Part shown: in pieces, positions 19,494-27,456 of the stretch
Numbering within the stretch: the stretch's first letter is position 1
How the letters are laid out: every line of letters starts with the position of its first letter
DNA from: Candidatus Aenigmatarchaeota archaeon
Lineage (GTDB): Archaea; Aenigmatarchaeota; Aenigmatarchaeia; CG10238-14; SCSR01
Assembly: GCA_038999725.1 (NCBI GenBank)
Contig: JAWBWS010000002.1
Coordinates: 1 to 64,000, forward strand
Length of the DNA stretch: 64,000 nucleotides
Reading direction: 5' to 3'
Notes under the pieces: model-generated
What the model saw: the letters and a program-made list of their open reading frames with translations, nothing else
What the model was told of the DNA's origin: nothing
The model's database searches: none
Program-made: the position numbers and the translations under genes

Positions 19494-20660
19494 ATGAAGA
19501 AGGGAATTTCACCTGTGATTTCGACTGTTTTCTTGATATTAATCACTATCTCTGCAACTTATATTGTGATGAATGTTGTGAAGCCCACAATTGATAGGGC
19601 TTATGAAGCTGGTGTGATGAATGAAGCTGAACAGAACATGCGTCTCTTGGATAACTTGATAAGAGAAGTAGCTTCTGAGGGGAGGGGAAGTCTGAGAACT
19701 GTTGTGCTGAAAGTTACTGATGGTAATTATAAAATAATTAACACTAGTGGAAATTTTACTGGAGCTCTTCAGTTTAATATTGAGTTGAAACACAGTCCTT
19801 TTGCCGCTCCTATGCTCAAAAGAGTGGGAAATTTAAAGTATACTGCTGGGATGAATTCTGTTGGTTTGATTGGATATTGGAATTTGAACGAAAGAAATGG
19901 AACAAAAGCTGAAGATAGCTCTGGTTATGGAAATCATGGCACACTTTACAATGGAAGTTCAATTTGTAGCAATCCGCCATCGGCTGGATGTCCAGAATGG
20001 GTTGAGGGTAAGTTTGGTAGAGCTTTGAGTTTTGATGGAGTGGATGATTATGTAAGCATTCCTCAGAGTAGTTTCAATTTCGCTTCAGATTCTGCTTTTA
20101 CCATAGCCACCTGGGTTTATTTTAATGGTAGTGGAAGTGAAAGAGGTATAGTATCTAATGGGGAAGGAAATGCAAGAGGATGGATGTTATTTTGGCGCGG
20201 TGATAGCTACTATATGTATTGGAGAAATTCAAACGGTACGCAAGGCGATGATTTGTATTTTAATGCTAATGGTTATCAAAATAGATGGGTCCATATAGTT
20301 GCAATTTGGAATAATGGATATAAAGCACTTTACTTAAATGGTAGTAAAGTTGCACAAAAAAGCACATCATTAACATTAGGGGGATATCCTACTCGTGATT
20401 TATATATTGGTAGAAAAGACTCTTTTTCCACTATTTTCAATGGTACAATAGATGAAGTTAGGATTTACAACAGAGCTTTAAGTGAAGAAGAAATAAAAGA
20501 AAATTACAATGCCAAAGCTTCAAACTATCAGATTGTTTTAGAATATGGTAAGATAGTTCTCATGGGTAATATAAGATTTAGTAAAGGCACTCATAAAATA
20601 TGTATAGAAAAGATTGGTGAGTTGAGTAACAAGCCTTTAATAAAAATATTCTTTTGCTAA
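19494..20660 (+). CDS. Pilin with inserted LamG/concanavalin-like domain
   Basis: MKKG|ISPVIS signal; GLIGYWNL..D.SG.GN.G, ALSFDGVDDYV, FNGTIDEVRIYNRALS. Confidence 0.88.
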   Translation: MKKGISPVISTVFLILITISATYIVMNVVKPTIDRAYEAGVMNEAEQNMRLLDNLIREVASEGRGSLRTVVLKVTDGNYKIINTSGNFTGALQFNIELKHSPFAAPMLKRVGNLKYTAGMNSVGLIGYWNLNERNGTKAEDSSGYGNHGTLYNGSSICSNPPSAGCPEWVEGKFGRALSFDGVDDYVSIPQSSFNFASDSAFTIATWVYFNGSGSERGIVSNGEGNARGWMLFWRGDSYYMYWRNSNGTQGDDLYFNANGYQNRWVHIVAIWNNGYKALYLNGSKVAQKSTSLTLGGYPTRDLYIGRKDSFSTIFNGTIDEVRIYNRALSEEEIKENYNAKASNYQIVLEYGKIVLMGNIRFSKGTHKICIEKIGELSNKPLIKIFFC

Positions 20661-20760
20661 AAAGTGTTAAAAAGGGAAAAAAGATATCGTGAGTTGTAGC
20701 TATTGCTGACTACATTTATATTGACTATCACAATTTATAGCCCTGAACTCATAGAAACTT

Positions 20761-21180
20761 TTATGATGCCCAGCAGGTTTGTCCTGTTCTGCATTCTCCT
20801 GAAACTCCTATTGATCTACATCTGCCTGAACAAACAACTGCATTATTGTTCCCCCTTGTCCAAGTTTTGCTTGTTATATTCCCGGGAACAAGAGGATCTA
20901 TATCCACCCCCCCAAGTGAGGTACCATTCCCGGCCATGCATACAATACCACTTATGTTCTCGCTACCTGGATTCATTATGAAAACTGCTTTGTCTGTAAC
21001 ATAATAGACATATGGGTAGGTTCCTGAACATTTTATCTGATCTTCTGTTGCCCCTGAAACAGCAGCTCCTGTTGTTCTCGTGTAACCTGTCAACCAAACA
21101 CTTATTATACCACCCACAGCTACTGTGAAAGCTATTAACAAGATTGTAGCTATCATAGGGCTTATAGCTTTTGGACTCAT
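20761..21180 (-). CDS. Archaeal type IV pilin
   Basis: KA|ISPMIATILLIAFTV class III signal. Confidence 0.9.
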   Translation of the reverse strand: MSPKAISPMIATILLIAFTVAVGGIISVWLTGYTRTTGAAVSGATEDQIKCSGTYPYVYYVTDKAVFIMNPGSENISGIVCMAGNGTSLGGVDIDPLVPGNITSKTWTRGNNNAVVCSGRCRSIGVSGECRTGQTCWAS

Positions 21181-21241
21181 AATTTTTATTTGATTTTTTT
21201 AGTATAAAAAGCTTTTATTTTCGCCAAAAGAAGAAATAAAT

Positions 21242-21787
21242 ATGAAATATAAGTGGAAAAAACATTCTAGTCAATACAAAATCCTTTATATACTGCTTTT
21301 GCTCGTTATTGTTTTTCTAACCACTTACATTCTTTGGCCAAGGAAGGTGGAGAGAATTTTGCAGCCAATTCTTTTACCTGAACTCTCTACCACTGGTTTT
21401 TCAAAGGTCGAAAATATTGAAATAAATATCTTTGGAAATGTTGCCGCTGTGAACCTAAGGACAGATTGTTATGAGTTGGTTGCAACTGTTGAAGCTAGCC
21501 AGGCAGAATCTATTCAAAGAGGGGTTGGAAAAGTATATGTGGCAAGACCAAACGCTCATGACATAGTTGTTGATGCTTTCAATTCTTTGGGAATAGAAGT
21601 TGTTATGGTTAAGATAACTGAGCTTAAGGAAAATGCTTTCTATTCCAAGCTAATTTTAAGACAAGAAAATACTGTGTTAAGTCTAGATGCAAGGCCTAGT
21701 GATGCTATTGCCATAGCAACAAGGACAAATTCTTCAATTTACATTAATTCCACGCTTTTGAAAGAAGTTGGGAGAAAAATTTGCTGA
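21242..21787 (+). CDS. Bifunctional nuclease (BFN/DUF151) family protein with N-terminal TM anchor
   Basis: QAESI, RPNAHD, FYSKL, LDARPSDAIAIA motifs. Confidence 0.85.
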   Translation: MKYKWKKHSSQYKILYILLLLVIVFLTTYILWPRKVERILQPILLPELSTTGFSKVENIEINIFGNVAAVNLRTDCYELVATVEASQAESIQRGVGKVYVARPNAHDIVVDAFNSLGIEVVMVKITELKENAFYSKLILRQENTVLSLDARPSDAIAIATRTNSSIYINSTLLKEVGRKIC

Positions 21788-21788
21788 A

Positions 21789-22067
21789 TTAACTTTTCAA
21801 AGCTTTCTTGAATTCTTCCTTAAATTCTCTCGCTTTTTCAGCTATCCTCTCAGCAGCTTTTTCCAAAGCCTCTTTGGGAGAACCTTTAGAAACTCTTACA
21901 AAAATCTTTGGTTGACTTAAGTAAGGATGCTCCTTAACATCAGCCGCCTCAGAAACATTTTTATCTTCCCACAAAGCTTCTCTGATTGTGTTTGTAAGTG
22001 TGTGGGTTTCACCAACAACCTCTATGAAGAGTGTCTTTTCATCCTCTTTTATAATCCTTAGCTCCAT
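21789..22067 (-). CDS. rpoL: RNA polymerase subunit L (Rpo11)
   Basis: GETHTL.N, EHP motifs; 92 aa. Confidence 0.88.
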   Translation of the reverse strand: MELRIIKEDEKTLFIEVVGETHTLTNTIREALWEDKNVSEAADVKEHPYLSQPKIFVRVSKGSPKEALEKAAERIAEKAREFKEEFKKALKS

Positions 22068-22086
22068 TTTTTAGCCTCGGAAGTTT

Positions 22087-23085
22087 TTAATCAAGTAAAT
22101 AACATTTTTTATTTGAATTGCTAATATTTAAATCCTTCTCCTTAAGAGAATTTAGCTTTAAATCTTCGAGGATTTGGTCTATATTGACTATTGGGATAGA
22201 GTATCTCTCCAGGTCATCCAGAGCTATACGGGGACATGCCATGTTAATTAAGAAATCTAAGTGTAGACCTTCTATTTTCTCTGGTGTTATTTCATCCATA
22301 GCCAAAACATAAACATCTTTACCCAATTTCTCTAATTTAGCTTTTACATCAAACACGTAAGATTTATATTGCCCCCCTTTCCAACTGACGAGTATGCCTA
22401 CATGCTTAGCACTCTTAAACTCAGATTTGTTCCATGCCAAAATTTTTAATACTTTTGTTTTTAAACTCTCCAGGCTATAAATTTCATTTCTTTCTAAATC
22501 CAAATTCAACACAGGCTTCGGTGTTTCTAGAGTTAGAGAAAAGCCATAAAATTCTCCTGCAGAAACTGCAAGAAAACAATCAACCTTTTTTTCTATGATT
22601 TTGGCTGCTTTCAAGTTGCAACCAAGCACTTGGCCTGGATATTGCAATGCTTTGTGTAAAAAAACTTTCTTTCCTCTTTTTTCCAAATATTTTTTCACTT
22701 TGGGCAAAATCTTGACGAACTGTATGCTTGTTATCAACCCTATGTTATTGAAACCTTTCAACTTCTCAAACTCTTTCTCCAAAATTGGGGTTGGGTCTGC
22801 GTCAAGGAAATATTCCCAATAAACAACAGGAATTTTAGTTTTGGGTAAAAACTTCTCATGACCTATATGAAGAATAGCGTCACAATTTAAGAAATCGGCC
22901 TCTTTTTCTCTCACATCACAAGCACCAAAACACTTCTCCAAACATAGAAAAACTTGAAAGCCTCTTCTCTCAAGCTCTTTAGCTATATCCTGTATCTTAA
23001 GTTTCAAGCCTTCAGGAAATTGAACAAAAACTCTTTTTGCTTTCAGTTTTTTAAGCTTCTTAAAAATTTCTTCAGGAATTTCCAT
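22087..23085 (-). CDS. dph2: Diphthamide biosynthesis enzyme Dph2
   Basis: QFPEGLK, CFGACD, HIGH, GQVLGC, ACPRI. Confidence 0.93.
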   Translation of the reverse strand: MEIPEEIFKKLKKLKAKRVFVQFPEGLKLKIQDIAKELERRGFQVFLCLEKCFGACDVREKEADFLNCDAILHIGHEKFLPKTKIPVVYWEYFLDADPTPILEKEFEKLKGFNNIGLITSIQFVKILPKVKKYLEKRGKKVFLHKALQYPGQVLGCNLKAAKIIEKKVDCFLAVSAGEFYGFSLTLETPKPVLNLDLERNEIYSLESLKTKVLKILAWNKSEFKSAKHVGILVSWKGGQYKSYVFDVKAKLEKLGKDVYVLAMDEITPEKIEGLHLDFLINMACPRIALDDLERYSIPIVNIDQILEDLKLNSLKEKDLNISNSNKKCYLLD

Positions 23086-23088
23086 AAT

Positions 23089-23214
23089 TTATGTTAATCT
23101 CCTATTCTTTTTCAGTTTTTCCCTACATTTTTTACAAACATCAAGAAATCGGTAACGATAAAGTCTTCCTACCTCACGTACAGTTTTTTTGCAAATATCA
23201 CAAAATTTTTTCAT
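23089..23214 (-). CDS. Small CxxC-CxxC zinc-finger protein (41 aa, not in ORF track)
   Basis: My translation MKKFCDICKKTVREVGRLYRYRFLDVCKKCREKLKKNRRLT; stop 3 nt before the dph2 start. Confidence 0.7.
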   Translation of the reverse strand: MKKFCDICKKTVREVGRLYRYRFLDVCKKCREKLKKNRRLT

Positions 23215-23267
23215 CAATTTCTTTTTATTTTTTCATCAATTTAAATCTTGACCACAATATTCAATTG

Positions 23268-23510
23268 ATGAAAATTTCGAGTGAAATTAAAGCTAAGGCA
23301 AGAAAATTGTTTGAAGAAGAAAAAGTTAGAAAAGAATTTGAAACTGACAAAAGAATTCACTTCACAGTTCAGGGGGAAACTGAAGAACATTCAGTAATTT
23401 TTGAAAAAGAGAGTAAAAAGTTTTTATGTGATTGCACTTATTTCGCTCTCAAAGAAAAATCATGTTCTCATGTTGAAGCTGTTAGGCTATTCTTGAAAAA
23501 GAAATTTTAA
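23268..23510 (+). CDS. SWIM zinc-finger protein
   Basis: CDC...CSH; start moved to ATG 23268. Confidence 0.8.
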   Translation: MKISSEIKAKARKLFEEEKVRKEFETDKRIHFTVQGETEEHSVIFEKESKKFLCDCTYFALKEKSCSHVEAVRLFLKKKF

Positions 23511-24815
23511 CTATGGTGATACTCTTGTTACATATCTTGGGAAAAGGGTAACTTCTTTTATATTTTTTATATCAAGCAATTGCATCGTGAATCTTTCTAA
23601 ACCAAGACTAAATCCTCCATGTGGTGGGGCACCGTATTTGAAATGTTCTGTGAACCATTTTATTTGCTCCAAGCTCATATTTTTTTCTCTCACTTGCTTA
23701 ATTATTTTCTCATACCTATGCTCCCTTTGACCCCCTGAAGAAACTTCCAACCCCTTAAAGATTAAATCAACGCTCCTTGCCCATTCAGGCTCTTCATCTA
23801 CACGCATTACATAAAAAGGCTTGACTTTTGAAGGGAATCTGTTTATGAAGAAGAAATCGTGCTTGAATTTTTCTTTAACATGTTTTGACAATATTTTTTC
23901 AGCTTCTTTATCGAGGTCCGACCCAAAGGGAAGTTCTTTACCATACTCCCTCAATATTTCATAGATTTTTGGGAATCTTAGCTCTGGAAATGGTTTTTTT
24001 GAAATTTTTATTTCCTTACCAAGGATTTCAAGTTCATCTCCACATTCTTTCACAACTTTTTTTATCCCATACCTCACCATCTCTTCCTCCAATTTTATCA
24101 CATCACTTTCATCCTTCAACACAAACTCAGGAGCTATGCTTCTGTGCTCTGCCAAATGGTAAGGGGTGTCAGAAGGCTCTGCCCTCCAATTTGGACCCAC
24201 GTCAAAAATTCTTTCAAACCCTGCTAATATCAAAAGCTGTCTGTGTAGCTGTGGGTCTTGCCTTAAAAAAGCTTCTTTCCCGAAGAAATCTATTTTGAAA
24301 ACATCGGCCCCACCTTCAGAGATTCCACCAATTATAGATGGTGTAAAAACTTGTAAGAAGTTCTCTTTTCTCAAAAATTCCGTCATACCTTCAACAATTT
24401 TTGCTTGGATTTTAAATATAGCAAGATTCTCTTTTCTTCTTAAATCTAATGGTCTCCATTCCAACCTCGTGTCCAAATTTGCTGGTGTTACCCATCTTGG
24501 GTCCAGGGGGAGAGGGGGTTGCACCCTGTTCACAATTTCTATATTTTCCAATAAAACCTCTACCCCTCTTTTTACCTTACTCTTAACAACCTTTCCTTCA
24601 ATTGAAACAACATCTTCCTGATGCAATTTTTTTATAGAGTTGAAAGTTTCTTCAGGAATTTTTCCCTTTTGGGCAACAACCTGGACTATCCCTTCTCTAT
24701 CTCTCAAAAGCAAGAAGTTGATTTTTCCCAAAAGTCGAACGTCGTGAATCCAGCCAAATAGTTTCACCTTTTTACCAACAAACCTATTCAGCTCTCTGAT
24801 GTAAATTTTTTTCAT
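23511..24815 (-). CDS. aspS: Aspartate--tRNA ligase (archaeal type)
   Basis: OB anticodon domain, RLEWR.LDLR, SEGGA, WRAE, SGGQREH, YGAPPHGG.SLGLER. Confidence 0.93.
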   Translation of the reverse strand: MKKIYIRELNRFVGKKVKLFGWIHDVRLLGKINFLLLRDREGIVQVVAQKGKIPEETFNSIKKLHQEDVVSIEGKVVKSKVKRGVEVLLENIEIVNRVQPPLPLDPRWVTPANLDTRLEWRPLDLRRKENLAIFKIQAKIVEGMTEFLRKENFLQVFTPSIIGGISEGGADVFKIDFFGKEAFLRQDPQLHRQLLILAGFERIFDVGPNWRAEPSDTPYHLAEHRSIAPEFVLKDESDVIKLEEEMVRYGIKKVVKECGDELEILGKEIKISKKPFPELRFPKIYEILREYGKELPFGSDLDKEAEKILSKHVKEKFKHDFFFINRFPSKVKPFYVMRVDEEPEWARSVDLIFKGLEVSSGGQREHRYEKIIKQVREKNMSLEQIKWFTEHFKYGAPPHGGFSLGLERFTMQLLDIKNIKEVTLFPRYVTRVSP

Positions 24816-25067
24816 TTAAACACCCAAGTTATAAAGTAAAACCCAAACAGTTAGCCAGCATAGGAAGAAAGTAATTGAGCTGTTGTAGAGTAACACATTT
24901 TTCTTCTTCACGAAAATCAAGAAGGGGGGTAAAGAAATGAAATAAATGGCAAATGAGATTGCTAGTGTGATTATTGATCCAAAGGTTGTATGTAAATGGT
25001 TTGCTATGAATCCTGAAATTAAACCTAGGATTGTGTAGATGCCCACTATCTTTTGTTCAATTTTCAT
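24816..25067 (-). CDS. Small three-TM protein, EMC6-like
   Basis: Three hydrophobic helices; C-terminal F...WL..W.LLYN. Confidence 0.6.
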   Translation of the reverse strand: MKIEQKIVGIYTILGLISGFIANHLHTTFGSIITLAISFAIYFISLPPFLIFVKKKNVLLYNSSITFFLCWLTVWVLLYNLGV

Positions 25068-25770
25068 TCTCCCCCTCTTTACATTTTTCATCTTTCTTAA
25101 AGAAATCTTTAATTTTTTGTTGGAGAGATTTCTTTTTTAACTCTTGGATTGTAATCCAGGACTGTCTAACATAAGAAGGAAGCTTACCTTTTCTCTCTTT
25201 TATCAATCTTTTAAGAAATTCTATGGTTTTGGGGTCGTGGCTATAGCCTATACCAAAATCCACTCCCTCCTTCTTCTTTATCTCCTCCACCACAGCATCG
25301 CGTCCAACTTTAGCAATTATACTAGCGGCCGAGACAACAGGAACGGATTCATCCAAATAATTTTTAACAACAAGCTCAACATCTTTTTCTTTCAAAAAAC
25401 TCCTAATAAGATTTTCGAACCTCTTTGTATTTTGTTCCAAGGAATCGATAAAAACTTTCTTTGCACCACACATCTCAATTATCTCCGCCATCTTCATGGC
25501 TTCTATTTTATCCAAATTTATCCCCTTAGCACGATAAGCATCTATCCTGCAAGGTTGAACCCTTAGGATAATTATGTTCTTTGCTATTTCTTCTATTTTT
25601 TTGGCGAGCTCTTCTCTTCTTCTTGGGGATAAAGTCTTAGAATCCCTCACCCCTATTCTTTTAAGTTTCTTCTCATCTCTCTTCTCTACCACAACTCCGG
25701 CTATAACCATTGGGCCGATTAAAGCACCTCTTCCCGCCTCATCAATTCCACAAATTAAGATAGGCATCAC
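25057..25770 (-). CDS. rnhB: Ribonuclease HII
   Basis: GIDEAGRG..IGP, RDSK.L, VSAASIIAKV. Confidence 0.95.
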   Translation of the reverse strand: MMPILICGIDEAGRGALIGPMVIAGVVVEKRDEKKLKRIGVRDSKTLSPRRREELAKKIEEIAKNIIILRVQPCRIDAYRAKGINLDKIEAMKMAEIIEMCGAKKVFIDSLEQNTKRFENLIRSFLKEKDVELVVKNYLDESVPVVSAASIIAKVGRDAVVEEIKKKEGVDFGIGYSHDPKTIEFLKRLIKERKGKLPSYVRQSWITIQELKKKSLQQKIKDFFKKDEKCKEGENEN

Positions 25771-25802
25771 CTTTTATCATAAAATTTAATCTTTATATTA
25801 TT

Positions 25803-26279
25803 ATGATTGGGCTTGAAGAAATAGAAAAGTTAGCAAAAGAAAAGCCAATAGAAGAAGTTCTGGAGAATTTTGGTTGGAAAGAATTTGAAGAAGTTGTTGC
25901 TGAAATTTTCAGGAGGCACGAGTTTTTTGTCAGGAGAAATTTTAGACTAAAAACAAGGAAAAGATACGAAATAGATATCGTAGCAGTAAAAAGTAATTTT
26001 GTTTTTTGTATCGATTGTAAGAGATGGTTGGGTGGCAGATATAAGAAATCTGCCATTAAAAGAAGTGCAAAAGAGCAAGAAAAAAGGACTAGAGTTATGA
26101 AAAGATTTTTGGAAAAAAATCCAATCTTAAGAGAAAGTTTAAAGATTGCAAGCAAGTTTGAAATTATACCTTTGATTTTAACACTAATGGAAGAAGATTT
26201 AATTAAAGAAGGTAATACTTTTATAGTTCCTTTGTTCAAGCTCAACTCATTCTTGTTAGAATTTGAAAGTTATCTCTAG
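25803..26279 (+). CDS. PD-(D/E)XK restriction-endonuclease-like protein (Mrr-like)
   Basis: W.EFE..VA, EIDIVA, IDCK. Confidence 0.8.
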   Translation: MIGLEEIEKLAKEKPIEEVLENFGWKEFEEVVAEIFRRHEFFVRRNFRLKTRKRYEIDIVAVKSNFVFCIDCKRWLGGRYKKSAIKRSAKEQEKRTRVMKRFLEKNPILRESLKIASKFEIIPLILTLMEEDLIKEGNTFIVPLFKLNSFLLEFESYL

Positions 26280-26755
26280 ATTAGGTGGTAGGTCTTTAAA
26301 ACTTCAATTCCAAGAGTGAGTATAAAAAGCGAAAGGCAAATTCTTAAGGTTTTCCCAGCACTCATTGCAAGCAAAAAGGATTTCAAACCCATCTTCAAAA
26401 AACCAACCAACATGGCAAAAACTGCAAATGGAAAGGGAACGGGAAGAAAAGAAACCAAAAAAACCGAGAAGCTACCATATCTTTTTATTATTTTTTCCAT
26501 ATCTTTCATTCTTCCCCTGTATTTTAACAAACTCTCTGAACCAAAAAAACCGAAATAATAACTCAACACCCCACTGAGAGTTGAGCCAGAGATTAGAGAA
26601 AGAAATATAGAAAGTGGTGAAAAATTGAGGCTGAGAAAAATTATACAAGAAAGTTCCACAAAAGCGGGAAAAAGCAAGAAGTTAGAAGAAAAGGAACCTA
26701 AGAAAAGTGCAATCAAACCATATTCTTTGAGAAATGAGAGAAGAAAATCTATCAT
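26276..26755 (-). CDS. DedA/VTT (YqaA-like) membrane protein
   Basis: GSTL...LSY.FG, RYG, F.P.PF, G..KM, GK..R. Confidence 0.8.
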   Translation of the reverse strand: MIDFLLSFLKEYGLIALFLGSFSSNFLLFPAFVELSCIIFLSLNFSPLSIFLSLISGSTLSGVLSYYFGFFGSESLLKYRGRMKDMEKIIKRYGSFSVFLVSFLPVPFPFAVFAMLVGFLKMGLKSFLLAMSAGKTLRICLSLFILTLGIEVLKTYHLI

Positions 26756-26820
26756 AATAAAGGTTTATTTAAAAGCCCTTTAAATACTTTTAGCAAAATA
26801 TAAATATAGGTAGTGATATT

Positions 26821-27375
26821 ATGTCTGATTTCAAGATAAGGATTGAAAATATAGTTGCTTCAGCTTCTCTACATGTGGAAGTGCCTCTTGAAAAAATAGT
26901 TTCAAAGCTCGAAGGAACAGAATATGAGCCTGAGCAGTTCCCAGGGCTTGTTTACAGAATGGAGAAACCGAAAGCAGCTGCTTTAATTTTTGGCTCTGGT
27001 AAAATAGTTTGCACTGGGGCGAGAAATATAGAAGATGTTAACACCGTCTTTAAAAAAATAGTTTCTGTGATCAGAAGCGTGGGAATTCAAGTTCCAAAAA
27101 ACTTTAAAATACAAGTTGAAAATATAGTGGCTTCTGCAAAGATAGATGGAAACCTTAATTTAGATACAATTGCTCTCAAGCTTGAAAATTCAGAATATGA
27201 GCCTGAGCAGTTCCCAGGGCTTGTTTACAGAATGGATGAGCCGAAAGTTGCATTCTTGTTTTTTGGCTCTGGTAAAATAGTTTGCACCGGCGGGAGAAGT
27301 GTGAAAGATGTGAGAACCGCTTTAGAGAAAGTTTACAAGAGGTTAAAAGAAATTAAAGCAATAATCAAAGAATAA
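26821..27375 (+). CDS. tbp: TATA-box-binding protein
   Basis: Two repeats of ENIVAS...YEPEQFPGLVYR...FGSGKIVCTG. Confidence 0.97.
   Translation: MSDFKIRIENIVASASLHVEVPLEKIVSKLEGTEYEPEQFPGLVYRMEKPKAAALIFGSGKIVCTGARNIEDVNTVFKKIVSVIRSVGIQVPKNFKIQVENIVASAKIDGNLNLDTIALKLENSEYEPEQFPGLVYRMDEPKVAFLFFGSGKIVCTGGRSVKDVRTALEKVYKRLKEIKAIIKE
26918..27287 (+). repeat. Nucleotide-identical blocks between the two TBP halves
   Basis: 46 bp (26918-26963 = 27191-27236) and 28 bp (26987-27014 = 27260-27287), offset 273. Confidence 0.9.
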
Positions 27376-27456
27376 ACTGCGAAGATTTTGCCCATTTTTT
27401 ACTTTTTTCACTATTCCAAAAAACTTAAAATTAATAAGCGCGAAGAAATAATTGTC

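Noticed and set aside
12748..21180. Archaellum operon
   Set aside because: No FlaH, FlaF or FlaG; two split TadC genes and short pilins fit a type IV pilus.
23091..23267. Long 5' extensions on called ORFs (also at 2932, 27388, 35524, 37138, 38787)
   Set aside because: They overlap other genes or promoters; downstream ATGs match family N-termini or signal peptides.
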